From contig CP110439.1 in assembly GCA_026914245.1 (NCBI GenBank), positions 5,580,001 to 5,644,000 of the forward strand: a DNA stretch of 64,000 bases. The letters are read 5' to 3'. The notes beneath the pieces were generated by a model, which saw nothing but the letters and a program-made list of their open reading frames with translations, was not told the DNA's origin and searched no databases. Shown here in pieces: positions 36,315 through 49,989 of the stretch. Each line of letters opens with the position of its first letter. The first letter of the stretch is position 1. This stretch comes from Puccinia triticina (Eukaryota). The position numbers were made by a program, and so were the translations under genes.

Positions 36315-39300
36315 ATGCCACCTGTGAAGAAGTGTTGTCTCCTTTCTGTATTGGGGGTGTTTTTAGTGCTTAGCACAGTTTTTCCCTTGCCAGTTGCTTG
36401 TCTCTTTAATGACAAATTTCAGGTTCGACCCCCCAATCCCCAAATTATCAATCCTGGGACTTTATTGGTGCCATCAGATGATGGACCACCAACAAGCAAA
36501 AATGAAGTTGCAAAAAATATATTTCATAACCCAACCACTCAGATTTGCCATGAAAACAAGGAAATCATTTGCCAAGTACCAAGGGTCCAAATTTTCCACA
36601 GAGGGTCTGAACGTTCTCTGAAAGATTATTTTAATGTTGAAGAAATCACCAGTCCTGTCAACCTTGGGGTCCAAGATCCAAGATACTACCATGGATCAGT
36701 CCATTCTTGTCCTGGATCTTCCTCATTGCCTGAAGGCAATAAGAAAAGCAGTCAAATTTACCATACCCACACCAATAAAGACTCTAATATATATCACAGA
36801 CCAGAAATTCAGTCAATCCGTTCATTCACATGAGTTTTAAAAGATTCCCAAACCAAACCTCAAGCCAGCATTGTGGAGAACAAAAAGAATCTTTTGGGAG
36901 ACTTTTTGGACTCAGAGTATGTAGAAAGTGCAGTTAGGACAGGATTTGGAAAGGGAAGGGGGAATAATTCTTCACAAGGGAAAGCAAAAGGCAAGAAAAA
37001 TTTGAATTTGAATCCCACAATAGAAACTTCAATGACTCCAGTGAATTCTAACATTAGGAAACCTCTTGATATTCAATCAATTAGGCCAGAAGCCAAAAGG
37101 CTGAAATCCAACTCCTGGCCACATTTTACACAACAAACTCAAATGCAAAATCCAAATACCAAAATTGGTTCTGTGGTGGTGAAACCAAGCCCAAATTTTG
37201 GATCCATAGAAAACACAATTTCTATCAAGCAACCCAAAAGATACCTCGCTAATTCAACTGAAACAAGCAAGGAAATGAGTACCGATTCAATTTATGAACC
37301 AACATCACAACCTCCAAAAAGGGAAATCCCAAAAAAACAAAGTTCTGCCCCCGTGGAAAAATTGAAAGTTAGAAAAACAAGTGTTAAAAATTTGGAAGGA
37401 ACATTATCCCAAAACACTAATACTGTGAATCCAAACCCACCAATGCAACTTGAGGCAAGAGTTAACAAACCAGATAAATCAGGAATATGTGAACCTCTGA
37501 AAGGGATTCAACAGAAGAATTCTTCTTCCTTTGGTAGATTTGAAAAGTTTGAAAAGGGAATGAGCTCCAATCCCTCCAAAGTACAAAAACCAGAGTTGAT
37601 TTCTATGAAAGGTGTTACTACAAACATCAATGATGAAACCTCCCTCTTGAATTCTAGAAAAAATGTGAGACCGTTGGATCATCACATAGTGCCTTCAGCG
37701 TTAAAGAAGTTCAAACATGACCATTTCCCCACACAATTGGGTTCAGAAACTCAGTTCAAGAAGCAAAGTGATGGAAAAGCTTTTGGGAAGCTAAAATTAA
37801 TGAAAAATAATATTTCAAAGTGGTCATGTGAAGAGCCACATGGCTCACAGGATATTTCAACATACATGGGAAATGTGATGAGCTCAAAATCAAACCAAAT
37901 CTGAATAAATTGAAGGCTTCTAATGATTTTATTTCCAGCCATACTTCCTCAAAAGTTGAGAAAAAATTGAATAATGAGCTTCCCTTCCCATTTTCCAATG
38001 ATTTTACTCCCACAAACTCTTTGGCCAAAGATACTGCATTGCCAACTACTGACAAAACCCAACATGTCAATAAGGTTACAGGGGATTGCAAAACAGAGAT
38101 GAAAAATTTGTGTATCAAATTCAATCCAGATAGTCTGGCTGTTGATGATGTATATGACCATGTTTCCAAAAGAATTGACAGCATATTCAAAAGAATGGAA
38201 TTAGGACCAACAGGAAGTATTATGTTGAACTCTGAAAATAGCCAAAAGTGGCTTACAGAGATTTGTGGTGCTTTCAAAATAAAACATGTGGATGACATTA
38301 CCACAACTGGAATATATCTCAGGAGCCTTTATATCAAACAAACAGAGGTAGATATCAAGAATGCTGTGAAAGGTCGTGTAAATAAAGAGTCACAAAAACA
38401 ACATTGTGATGAATTCTTGGAAAATACAAATTTGTGGATCAATTATTGGGAACAAAAGACCAATATGAAATTTGAACTGGCCATAGAAATAGAAAATGAA
38501 GCTATGAAAACAAGGTTGCAGCATATATTATTATTGTTATTATTCTATGTTCAAATGATTGATACCATATGCATTTCCCATGGATCTTTTGGGGATGAGA
38601 GTGAAAACCTTCAATTCCTGTTTAGGGGTGCTCTAGAAAGCTTCAAGGAATCATTTAGTATCTTATCTGAAGGAGGTGACATGAGATGGTGTGAAAACCT
38701 ATCTCACGCATTGTGGATGTTATTGTACAACTGGATTAAGAATTCAGGGTCTGATGAACTTAAAGAACTATCCTTGGAAAAGAACCAAACTATAGGAAAA
38801 ACATTCAAAGTCTTTTTCAATGTAGTTTTTAGATCTTCAATCAAGCAGATTCACAAGCAGCTTTGGGCCACTGTAAAATTCCCCATTGAAAGTATCTACT
38901 TCAACCAACGTAGTATTTTTGTTGATTATCCTTGTTCACTTGTAAAACAAGGAATTTATGAAACTTTCCAAAATATGCCAGTATCTCAGCAAACAGGAAG
39001 CATTGTGCTCAATTCTGAAAATTATCAAAATTTATTTTCAAGTATTACTAAAGCTTATTTAATGAAGAGGAATTGTGGAAATCATCTTCCAGGCAGCAAA
39101 AGCAGCCTAAATTCCCTAATATTATTGGCAGACACCTCTTTTGATTTTCTAAGAAATAAAAATTTATGGTTAGTTTTTTGGGAAAGACAAAATAACATCA
39201 ACTTTCAAAAAGAACTGGAAGATAAAGTTGTGTCATCTGAAATTAAAAAGAAGATTTTGGTATTGTTCCTGCTCTATTTTCAAATGATTGATAGCATAAT

Positions 39301-39616
39301 CAATCCACAGTACAGCTATGGGTCAGTTGAAGCTCCAGGTTGGTTTTTAGCTGCATTGGCAAGTTTTAAACAATCAATAGTTGGGTTGAAAGATAATAAG
39401 AAGATTTCTGAACCTTGGAGACAGCAAATTCCTCGATTGGTTTGGAAATACCTGGCTGATTGGATTAGGAACTTGGGAACAGATGAAATGATAAAGATTG
39501 CTTTTGGCAAAAAACAAGAGTTAGATGTCAGATTTAAATCTTTTTTCAATGCAGTTTTCAGATCTTCATATAAACATCTGACTAACAAATTAGAAGATAG
39601 TTTGAAATTCATTTAA
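36315..39616 (+). pseudogene. Large intronless secreted-protein (effector-like) gene, disrupted
   Basis: Signal peptide MPPVKKCCLLSVLGVFLVLSTVFPLPVAC. In-frame TGA at 36831-36833 and a frameshift at ~37832-37901. The C-terminal half has two tandem homologous domains. Confidence 0.75.
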
Positions 39617-40111
39617 AATGAAATAAAACAAATCTGGTCAAGGCATCTTTCTGTTTGATTTGGATCTTTTTGGACTGGATGTTTTCACCTACATACACTT
39701 GTCTTCAAAATGTTTGTCTAATATCTCATCTGCCCAAGCACATACTTAAATCATCTTTTTAGATGATATTTTTCATGATCAAAACGGGGAGCTTTTGTGA
39801 TCAGAAAGTGTAATTACACAACCAGGGCCACCCTGGGTCTGGGCCACATCCAATCAAACATGCCTGCCTCTGTTTCACCCCAGCACAATCAACCCTGTGA
39901 TTATATATGCATCCACTTGCTGAGATAAGTTTGGCAAGGTAAATCCATAAGGCCACTTGAGACTACACTGTATGTACATAGTGCCTTGAAGTTGAGAGCT
40001 GCTTAGGGGGGGTTCACAATATAATTTAAAAAAAAACTTTAGAGCCCACTTTAAGGCCTTTATTAACAACTTTTGTTTTAGCAAAAACTGTCCACATTTG
40101 GGTTTTCCTTG

Positions 40112-41035
40112 AATGGTTGTTGGTGCCATAGGTAGCTGCGGGCCAAAATGCACCGGGCACGCACCCTTGCACCCACACCAGGAAAAAACAATGATCACTT
40201 GCCTACAAGTGACATGAAATAGTAAAAGGGCCCCTTTGTACTTTGCTGTGTCACCTGCAGACAAGTGATCATTGTTTTTTCCTACTGCCAGGCGCGCCCT
40301 TTTTCCCAAAAAGGTGGAGTGCCACGCACCTTCCAGTTATTATACACCCAAGTTGGAATCACTGGAAAAATAGTGATTGGCATCCTCAAGATTGTAGTAG
40401 TACCTCATGCTTCTAGAGTCAAGGGACTGTTTTCAATGATGATGGCAATGAAAACCAAAACACACTTCAATGAATTTTGCCAAACACTTTTAAGATGATG
40501 ACTCTAGTCAAATTACATCTTCTTCAGAGGGGCCCCTTATTCAACACTATGTAGAAGAAAGAAAAGCAAAATGGCCTTGAATCCAACCCAAGATAACTTG
40601 GAATATGAAAACATGAAGGCTTATGACTCTTTTCTGACACTGGTAGAGCATCAACTCTTTGAAGAAGGAATCTTTACCAAAAAACAGATTTCAATACTTA
40701 CTTCAAGAGAAGATGTGTCCATGGACATAAAGTTTACTTTGATTTGATGGGACATCCTCCTCATGAGCAGCCCAGCAATGTGATCAACATTGATCCAATT
40801 GAAGACAATGAAGCTGATGAATCCAGCTGGGATCCACAAGAGCTCTGGGTCTCTTACTTTATTCCCTGTTATTAATTCTCCCTTTTGTTGCATGTACATA
40901 CTTAGGATAGCCTTACAAAAACAAAAGTATCATCTCTCTAAAAAACACATGGGAACTGGCGCCCCGGTGGGCGTGCCCCCCTGCAAAAGGTGCCACATTC
41001 TGGCACTTTTCCAAATGTGGCAGCAACAAACCATA
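40112..41035. mobile_element. Non-autonomous hAT-like element (8-bp TSD)
   Basis: Imperfect TIRs aatggttgttggtgccat / gtggcagcaacaaaccata; flanks tttccttg and gttccttg (7/8). Contains the CACCAGG MITE at 40176-40283. Confidence 0.6.
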
Positions 41036-41069
41036 GTTCCTTGCAGGCAATCAGAACAACTTCTACATT

Positions 41070-41250
41070 TATGGTGTTCAAAGTTGGTTTGCATAATTTT
41101 ATGCATGCATAAATCATAAAATCATAAAAACATTTTGGTGAGGAAATTTTGTATTACATAATCAGACAGTCATATCCCCTGCAAAAAAGATTTTATGATT
41201 TTATGATTTATGCATGCATAAAATTATGCAAACCAACTTTGAACACCATA
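41070..41250. mobile_element. 181-bp MITE with perfect 60-bp TIRs and ATT target duplication
   Basis: 41070-41129 is the exact reverse complement of 41191-41250; ATT on both flanks. Confidence 0.92.
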
Positions 41251-41292
41251 ATTTTTTAAAAAGTTGTTCATAAAGGCTTTATAATAGGCTCC

Positions 41293-41450
41293 AATGGTGT
41301 TCAAAATTGCATATCATGGTTTACATAAAATCATGAAGCCAATTTTGGCTGGGAGATGTCAGCGTGTATAAAACTTAAGTGACATCTCCCAGCCAAATTT
41401 GCAGTTTATGATTTTAGGTAAAAAAATCTTATACAAGTTTGAACACTATA
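41293..41450. mobile_element. Related ATGGTGTTCAAA-terminated MITE (older)
   Basis: Termini atggtgttcaaa / tttgaacactat; internal arms tttggctgggagatgtca / tgacatctcccagccaaa. Confidence 0.75.
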
Positions 41451-42126
41451 AAGGTTTTTTAACATCCTATGTGAGCCCCCCTAATTTCTTGGCCATCAGA
41501 AACCTTGTAGTGATTGTAATTCTATCCAATGACAGGATCTTTCAACAAGCTCACAACCTATGCACGCTGGACATCTTTAATGTTTTTTGGGGGGTGTTGA
41601 TCTAAGCAAATACGACAAAGACGATCGAGAGGAAGAGGGAAGCGAGAGGAGGGCAACGACTAATAACAACGAAGAAGACAAAGGGGTTCGCGAGAAGTAT
41701 GGGCAATTTTACAACTACAGAGAGGGCAGAAGAAAGAGGCAAGTGGAGGCAAGTACGCGGTTGGGTGGCATAAAGAAAGAGATATTGCACAGAGAATAGG
41801 GACCGACACATTCTGGGTTCGATGAGCGCAGAGAGTGAACACTTGTCGAGAAAGAAGACGGGGCCAAGTTTTCACATAGAAAAGAGACTCAGAACGATGA
41901 CGGCGACAAGAGACAAGGTTCTTTGGAAGAAAAGCGCAAGAGGAGATATCTATGTATATATGTATATATATGTTCTTACACACAGGTTGAGGATCGACGA
42001 TAATAGATACGGAAAGAGAGCCATTGCGGAGAGTCAAAACAAGCTAGCCTTTACCCGTGCCAACGATATATATATGTGTGTATTTTTCGAAGTGATGGCG
42101 TGGACGGCTTGAGAGACTATTCGTAT

Positions 42127-44659
42127 TCAAGGATAGACTTTCTGTAAAGTTGACCGCAACGTCAGCAATCAATGAAGGGAGAGATTGGAGTGAGAAAGTC
42201 GACATGTATGACGCTTACCTTGACGGCCTCACTGTAGTGCTCCAAGATGTTCCGGCGGTTCAGTTTCTGAGCAGCAGTCACTAAGCCGTTTTCAGGAGTC
42301 CATTCCTCGTCGGTCAAAACGACAGATTGCAATAACTGAACAGGCGGATCGGTTTGCGGTATCAATAATCCAGTCTCTCTCTATATATTTGTGACAACAT
42401 ACCTCGAGAGGCTTGAAGCCGGCCTTTTTACCGGTAGCCAAGAGTTCTTTCAGCAACAACTTTTCAACCTCCTCGCTCTGGCACATCTCGCTGAGACTCT
42501 TCCCGCTCTCGCCGGGCTTCATTTCCTGATACGCTACAGTGAGGTTCTTCTCATGGACAAAGACGATCGCCATCGGTCGGTTGGCTGTTGAGTCGGCGTG
42601 GACACATAGGTTACCGACTAGTGCACACGACTTATAGATCGATTCCAGCTTCTCAAGCGCTATGTATTCTCCTCCCGCCAGTTTGACCAGGTTCTTCTTG
42701 CGGTCAATGATCGACAAGGCTGGTGATAACAAAAAAAAAGAGTTGATCGTCGTCAGTTTCGTTGCTTGAGGGTTCCTTTTAACCTACAATTCTTGAAATG
42801 AAAGAAACATTTACGCACTTCCATCTGTGTTCCATTGTGCAATATCGCCGGTCTTAAACCAGCCATCTTCGGTCATACTTTCTTTGGTGACGTCTTCCCT
42901 CTTGAAGTAACCTTTGGAGACCGAGGGACCTCTGATCCAAACTTCGCCCTGAGGATTAGGCGAATTGGTCGAGAGGTAGCCGGTTTCGGGAGCGTCGACC
43001 AGTTTGATCTCCGTACTGGGTACCGGCACACCCACGCATCCGTATTGCATGTAATTCGGAGCCAAGATCGCACACATCCCACAGGATTCCGTTAGGCCAT
43101 ATCCTTGCAAGACCGAAACTAGTGCTTTCGACAAGAACTCTTGGGTCTCTCTTGATAAAGCAGCCCCGCCTGAGATCGCGTATCGCAATCTCCCGCCAGT
43201 CTGTTCGCGCACCTGGTTGAAGACAACTGTGTCCATCAATCCTCCGCCGATCCGACTCAGGATCGAATTTCTCTTGACAGCCAATGCCGCGTTGAAGATT
43301 GATTCTTTCACTTTGCCTCCCGCTTTGACTTTGGCCAAGATCCCCTTGCGGATAAGTTCCCAGACAGCGGGGACTCCAACCATCACTGTCGGCTTGAACG
43401 TTTTGATATCTCCCGAGCAATTCCGCATCGAGGCCTCAGTGAGTGTTTTGACAGATCCGTAACCGACTTTGACGCCCATCGATAGAGAAGTTAGCTCAAC
43501 AATAAATTCCAAAATGTGCTGTACGAGTCGAAAACACAGAAGTCTATTAGTATGTAATTAAGTAGCAGAATGGCATGCTTGGATACCAGTCGACTTACAG
43601 CTAATGGAAGATAAGCGATCACCGCCTCGTCTTCGCTCATGAAATCTTCCAGCAAAGTCCGAACTCCAGCCACTGCAACATTCGAGTGCATAAGCGGACA
43701 TCACTCAATGGAATTGACAGGTTTTGTGCAAACTCAAGTAGGATTTTTGCTTACCGGAAGAAATTAAGTTGAGATGGCTGAGAAGGACGCCTTTGGGTGC
43801 GCCGGTGGATCCACTGGTGTACATGATGCAAGCAATATCAGAAGGTTCGGGTTTGACGATCTCATGGGCCTTAGTTTCACCCAGTTGACGCAGCTCGTCG
43901 TAAGTGATGATTCGGATATCAGGCCGGGCATCTTGAATTTTCTTGAGGGCACTTTCTTCAGCTGTTTCGTCATAAATCACATATTTCAGAGTCGGTGTCT
44001 TGGTCACAATCGCCGCCAAAGTTCCCAGTAAGTTGGCATTTGTGAATATTCCAACTACTTCGGGCTCGTTGACCGAATGTTCCAATCCATCGACGCCCAG
44101 CGAGTCATAAGCGGTAGCGAAAGTTATGGATCGTCTAGAGCAGGCTATCCGTTCAAACAATTGAGAGAATAAGAAAGCAATCAATCATTTGGAATATACC
44201 CGAAAACAATACAACGGGGGTGTGTGTCTTACCATGTGCCATGACTTGCCAAGAAGGTTTGGTAGCCGAATAGATGTTGAACCGTTGCTCCTTCGTCAGA
44301 CCAAGTTCAGCGAGACCGTTTGAGATTTTAGAGACTTCTTCAAGCAATTGAGTGTAAGTCCAGTATTTATAATCGCTCATTTCGTAAAACTCCCAAATCT
44401 TATCCTCCTTGACTTCCTTTCCGCCCACTACTTTGGTCACCGTCTTAGTCTCCTTGTGGACCTTGATCAGCTCACGCCAGCCGACTGCATTCGCTGTAGG
44501 GAAGTCTTTGGCGGATTGGACTAGAAGGTCTGGCAGAACTTGCATTCCGGGCATCGGTTCGGTCACCAATTTGTCTGGGGATATGAACGACCGTCGGACT
44601 TTAGTTTCGCCTGTGGGAATTTCATCGCCGATCTCGACCGAAGCTGATTGGATAGCCAT
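42127..44659 (-). CDS. FAA1: Long-chain fatty acyl-CoA synthetase (Faa1/ACSL3-4-like), multi-exon
   Basis: [50 protein letters not shown] and [14 protein letters not shown]; ends KVYP*. Confidence 0.92.
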
Positions 44660-46778
44660 TTCGACGCCTGGTTTTGATTTTTGGGATGAAAAACGTGATA
44701 TTTTTAGTCAGTAAATCTGTCAAGTCTTTCGATTTCCTCAATGAAAAGAGGGGAAAAAAAGTTAAGAAAGATCGGAAAAAGACGGGGGAGTTTCAGGAAG
44801 ATGGCGGATAGAGTGGTAGACCTTGGAGGGAGACCAGATGGGAGAAGGAAGGTTCTTCGACAAGTGAAGGATCCCCATCGGTGGCGAGTTTTGAAGCCCA
44901 GTAGGCCAGACTACTGAAGATAGAGCCTACTGCGATTGCGAGAAGGGGCGGACACTCGAAGAGCGCTTGAGCTGGGTTAGTCGGCAGAGGGTATAGCTTG
45001 GACATGGTGATAATTACAGGTGGTCAAGATTGATGATTGAGGAGAGTAGCAATACAGAAAAAGGTGATCTATCGTAGACATCTATCCGTCTATCTACTAG
45101 TGAGCTGGCAGATAAATGGGTGTGTTAAATATGATAGGTAGAAGAGGTTCTTACAAGTTTTTTTGGTTGGGGTTTTGTGGTGGTACTAGGTCCGATTGAG
45201 GCTTGCTGGAGTGAATCTGAGGACGATCGAGCTGAGGATGGTTGATTGATGGAAGGATGAAAGTATCCGGATAGGTGGGTGGATGGAAGATGAGGAGTGT
45301 TTCTCTTGAGATCGAGGTTGAGAATGAAAGTTGGCGAAGGTGGTGGTCAACAGGAAGCCGCCGGGCTTGGTTTTATAGTGGCCGTGCTATCGGGAGCTGC
45401 TGACATCAGCAGCACCAGACCCATCCTTGACGGCCTGGACACCGCTTTTGGCTCTGCCGACTTCACACTTCAACCATCAAAACGACTGGTTCGAGCCCCA
45501 GTTCAATTCTGTTCAGTTGGGGCCTTCAAGAAGAAGAATAAACTGTTTCATAATAGTAGGTTTGGCGGCCTGCGAACAAAATATCTTGTCATTTATGTAC
45601 ATACATTATACAACTTTAAGCTCCCTCCGATCCGATCACAACAGCTAGTGTTCAACCGTCTTGAAAACAGGTGCACGACATTGGACAGAGGCTCCGGAGT
45701 CCAGAGGCGGTGACGAGCCGCAAGGAAAACGTACAGAAAGCGTGACGAGATGCTGACTGATTCATGGCGGGGGCAATCACCTCACCGCCGGCGACAACGC
45801 GGACGGAAGTCAGTCCCAGGTCTGAGCGGGGCCGAGCCAGGTGCATAGATAATGCGGAAGGCAGCAGTCAAACGATGTCAGTCCGCTCGGAGGGAGCTTC
45901 TTCCTGGAAGCCCAAACTACTGGGGCAGTGGAGAGTCTCATAGCCTCTCACTTGTTAGTTGTGACCCTTCCGTTTCATTGCATTTTCCTGCTAGATGAGA
46001 TAGTCATATAGACACCGGCTGGATGATCTATCCGTATCAGGTTGACTCACAGATCTTCATTTCGGCCTCCAAATTCCAATGAATACCGCTTTTGGATCAA
46101 CGATGTTCCTTTAGCAAACTATGGTTGTGGGATTTTTTTCCCTCCTCTTGACACTCCTTAATTGCTCTCCTGGATCCCATGAGGTAAACAGGTCCACAAC
46201 CTGATCGGCTGGGTGCAGGCAAAAGCAAATAGCAGAAACAGGCCAAATAATGGTGATCGGGGTTGGGGAGATGTTCGATTGCATCTCGATCGCCTTGAAG
46301 AATGATCTTGCATTTGAGGTACAAGTCTTGTTGGGTGCAACTTCGTCGGACGGGTCTTACTGATCGTCCAAAATGGCTCAACAACACCGTTTCCTCATCC
46401 AGGCACCTCTGAACTGTCTGGGCCCCAAAGGAGGAACAGAAACCAGCAGGCCGTATATCCTCGAAGAGGAGGGAGAAGAAAATAAGGGAGAAGAAAATAT
46501 ATAACTTGATCTTCACCGGCTCACAACCGGCACTCAGGAGTCACACCATAGTCGACAATTGACAAAGCAGGAATCAAGATCGAGCCAATCACCAAAATAT
46601 GCCGAGACTGGGGCTCGGTAAACACTGGCAAGTCATGGTATTTATATTTTGATGCTGACGGTAGTCTACTCCGCAGCAGAGAGCCGCAGCCAAGTAAGCC
46701 TGTGACCCAGGTCACACAACAGAATATATGTATATATCTGGTTTTCCCTCTTATCAAAAATATCAGTGGCAAGTAAAT

Positions 46779-46911
46779 AGGACGGTTCACGTAGGGCCGA
46801 AATCAGCAAGACCAAAATAAAGTTTATCCCACGGTCCCAGCCAATTTGGCTGGGAAGGCTTGCTGATTTATAACATCAGCAGGGTTAAAAAATCCCTACG
46901 TGAACCGTCCT
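46779..46911. mobile_element. 133-bp MITE, AGGACGGTTCACGTAGGG TIRs, AAT target duplication
   Basis: Perfect 18-bp TIRs; AAT on both flanks. Confidence 0.9.
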
Positions 46912-47399
46912 AATATTTGGTTCTAAACTCTTCACCTCCTGGGCTTCCACGGATAATAAGTTGAAGATATCTATTCGATATTTGATCGAAATGTCTCGTT
47001 TGCAAAAATGATCCGGCAGTGGGTTCACCGCGGGGGAAATCTATTGCCGGAGATGCTTGTCCGAGTAGTCAATAGGCGGGACCAACTGTTCCGACAGGCG
47101 AGTCCGACCTCTATGGTTCAGCCAGGCGGGTCGGAGCTCTCATGAGACCCGCCTGCTTGACTGACGAGTTAGTCAAGCTACGAAAGCCAATCCTAGTACA
47201 GCGGAAGATTGCTCGGACTCGGATGGCCCGCCGAAGCCTGGGCGCGCGCTGAGATTTTTGCTTCTCGCCCAAACTTGTTGCTATTTGTTTTCTTTGTTAG
47301 GATGGATGTCTTCAGTTACTTGATGCCGAGCCGGTTGCCCCAGTCTGCCCTGGTTGCCAATCGGAAACTATCTCCTCGGTGTTTGAAGACGTTGATGAA

Positions 47400-47690
47400 A
47401 ATGATCTTGAGATTGCCAAACATCTTGAGTGTGGTCTCATTTCGAAAGTCAACAAGGTATTCCAAAAAATCCTTGCCCGGGCTAAACTTCCTCCTCGCGC
47501 ACAACCTTCCTCTTTCCTCTCCTAAGTTCTTCTTCCCCAAACGCCTGTGCTCTCTTGCCTTATCCAGCAGAAACTCTTGCTTGCCTACTGGCAGCCTGCA
47601 CTCTAGTAACTCAGAGTGAATTCTTACCGACATCTGTAAATTTATTCAGGAAAAAATTATAGCGTGAAGATCTGTTTCTCCTCTTATTCT
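47400..47690. repeat. Dispersed repeat, paralogous to ~53280-53750
   Basis: Collinear similarity (aacaaggtattcc, ccttatc.agcagaaa, aactca.agtgaattc.tacc, agatctgttt.ctcctcttat). This copy lacks the MITE found in the second copy. Confidence 0.75.
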
Positions 47691-48337
47691 CATCTGGAAA
47701 CATTCTCTCTTTTCTTTTTTGGTCACATCCTGGGAGAAAAGACAGAATCCTTGTAGCCTGGACTGACGATACTAGTATTTGCTATAGACGAGCTTTTCAG
47801 AATCGCGACAGTCAGGTGCACAAGTTGATTTGCGGGTCTACAAAGCTCACAAACAGTAGCAGCTTAATCCAACTAGACCGCACACATGACTCCAGTAGAT
47901 TAAATTTCAGGGAGACTTGGGGCGCCCAATGAGGCTAAATCACACAATGTTCAAAAGCAAGTCTCACAACAGACAACTTAGGCGGTTTCCATTCCTCTTT
48001 ATGACACAGTCGACCGGCCAAGAGGACTCCTCCTCCGTACCCACGGAGGTATTTTCAGTTAATGGTGTGGGCGGCCGGTGGGGACTGCTTGCTACTGCTT
48101 GATAGTGCTTGATTGATTAATCCGAGCCGACTACAGATTCTGATTCACAACCCAGGAGGCATTCCCGAAACAGGAAACTGATGAGTGGGTCATCGCAGTG
48201 TAACATTGTATGTATCATAGCATTGTAGTCCAAGAAATTATTTTTTTGTTTTTACACGATTGTGTCCCCCAGGTCTCCTAGCGCATAAAGAATCAAAACA
48301 TTCGATAATATCACAAAGGAATCCGTAAAATACCAGC

Positions 48338-49989
48338 ATGATTTCAATCCAACAAACCTTATTAGGAATTGCTCTTTTCCATCATAACTTAATCAGCGCA
48401 GCTCATGATGGGATCTTTCAAACTAACAATCACAACATCGATTCAGAGGTATTTGGGAACCTTGAAGACATGACCGACTTCAATTTTGCACGGCATCGAA
48501 TCTCAGAGACAGACACTTTTCATAATATGGACCTAGTTTTAACCAACCGCCTGCCGAGAGGTGGGCTCTTCATGGCCTTTTGTTATGGAAGCCATGGAAG
48601 CTGATTGATGTATGCTCCATGTTGTAGAATCCTCCCACAGCTATTTTCCCGATGTTTACAACTATCGCAATAGCGCCGGATCAGTGCCAACCTCCAGTTT
48701 GAGCACCGGTGTAGTTAGTGAAAAAGGTCAGCATGGATACCACTCATCGTTTGGTGACAATGATCTATACCCTGATGAACTCATTTGGTGTTCAAACATG
48801 GATATAGGAATCCAAAATACAAACAATGTCTATCAAACCTCAAACCCCTTTCTCAAAGAACGTGAATTATACGAAGGGTTGGGAGTGGATCAACATGCCG
48901 TTTATCAATCCCTACCGAAAACCGTATCTACGAGCAAGCCGCGTTCCTCAGGTAAGACATTACTGTCAAGAATGTGCTGCTTAAACGCAAGGTGATCAAA
49001 CTGATCTTGCTCGCGATTGTGTAGAATCGCACCTTGAATGGAAATCCAGAGCCAAATCTATGAAAGGTCCTCGAAAAATGAACAAGATTGGTCTGACCGC
49101 ACAGCAAGATAACTCTCAGAGTGCTATCCACGGCCCATTAAATCAAACCGGGAATCGAAAAACCAAAAAATATGTCAGAGTTAAAGCTGAAGTAATTTTC
49201 AAAGAACTTGAGGACGCCAAGAAAGACACAATTCTTGGTAAACAACTTGTGGCGGCTCGAGAAAAAGAATACAAGATGGCAACTGATGAGAGAAAGGCGT
49301 TCAAGGATTTCCGAAATAAGGTTGAAAATAAAAGAGAAGAATTACAACTTGCATATGGGGTTCGAAACACAAGGCAATACAGAGTTGCATTAGAATTGTT
49401 TTTACAGCAAACAGATCCCGAACTTGAAGGGAAAAAGATTGCTATTTACCCTCCCCCTTTCCGCCACACATTATCAAGAAATGGGATGGAGGCAAACCAC
49501 AACTCCTACATCAAGCTGATATTACCATCGGCCGCAAGAAAACAATCTGAAGTATGTGCGAACCGCCTGGTACATAGAATAACTATGATTGGACATTACT
49601 TAGATTATATGCAGCAATTTCCTCATTTTATCACGGAGGTACAAGAACAGGGAATTATTCCAGATGAAGAACACCAAGATCTTCTTGAATGGTTTTACAA
49701 TTTGGTATTCAAGGACACTCAAGATCATCCACCTCTCCTGGGTTGGGCTGAAATCCATTTTTCACCACAGCAAAACGCAAACAAGAAATTCAATCCCACT
49801 CAGATTCTTATTTACAAATCCCTCATGCAGAGTGGTACTCTAACTATCCCTCAAGCTGGTCGTGTTGCGCTTGAGTTGCGCAAAATCTGGTTAAGATCCC
49901 ATTCCCTAATATCCAAAGAACAAAGGCAACAAACTGCCGTGGCGCAACTAGAATCATTTTCATTAGGCGGTCGTAGTTTTGCATACTAG
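48338..49989 (+). CDS. Lineage-specific secreted protein (effector candidate), 3 exons
   Basis: N-terminus MISIQQTLLGIALFHHNLISAA is signal-peptide-like. Exons 48338-48560, 48628-48951 and 49025-49989 join in frame (503 aa). C-terminal helical domain LLEWFYNLVF...HPPLLGW. Confidence 0.75.

Larger units (their letters stand above)
40005..41482. mobile_element. AGGGGGGTTCAC MITE expanded by nested insertions
   Basis: Termini and internal segments align to the compact copy at 53480-53682, interrupted at 40112-41035, 41070-41250 and ~41293-41450. Confidence 0.8.

Noticed and set aside
46097..46516. Apparent small Cys-rich secreted protein (MKIKLYIFFSLIFFSLLF...)
   Set aside because: Starts at GTG, and the hydrophobic leader is encoded by a pyrimidine tract resembling an intron or low-complexity sequence; no supporting ATG exon found.
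47316..47633. Chromodomain-like EYLV motif in the dispersed repeat
   Set aside because: Lacks the other aromatic-cage residues, and the paralog at ~53300 is frameshifted; identity unresolved.
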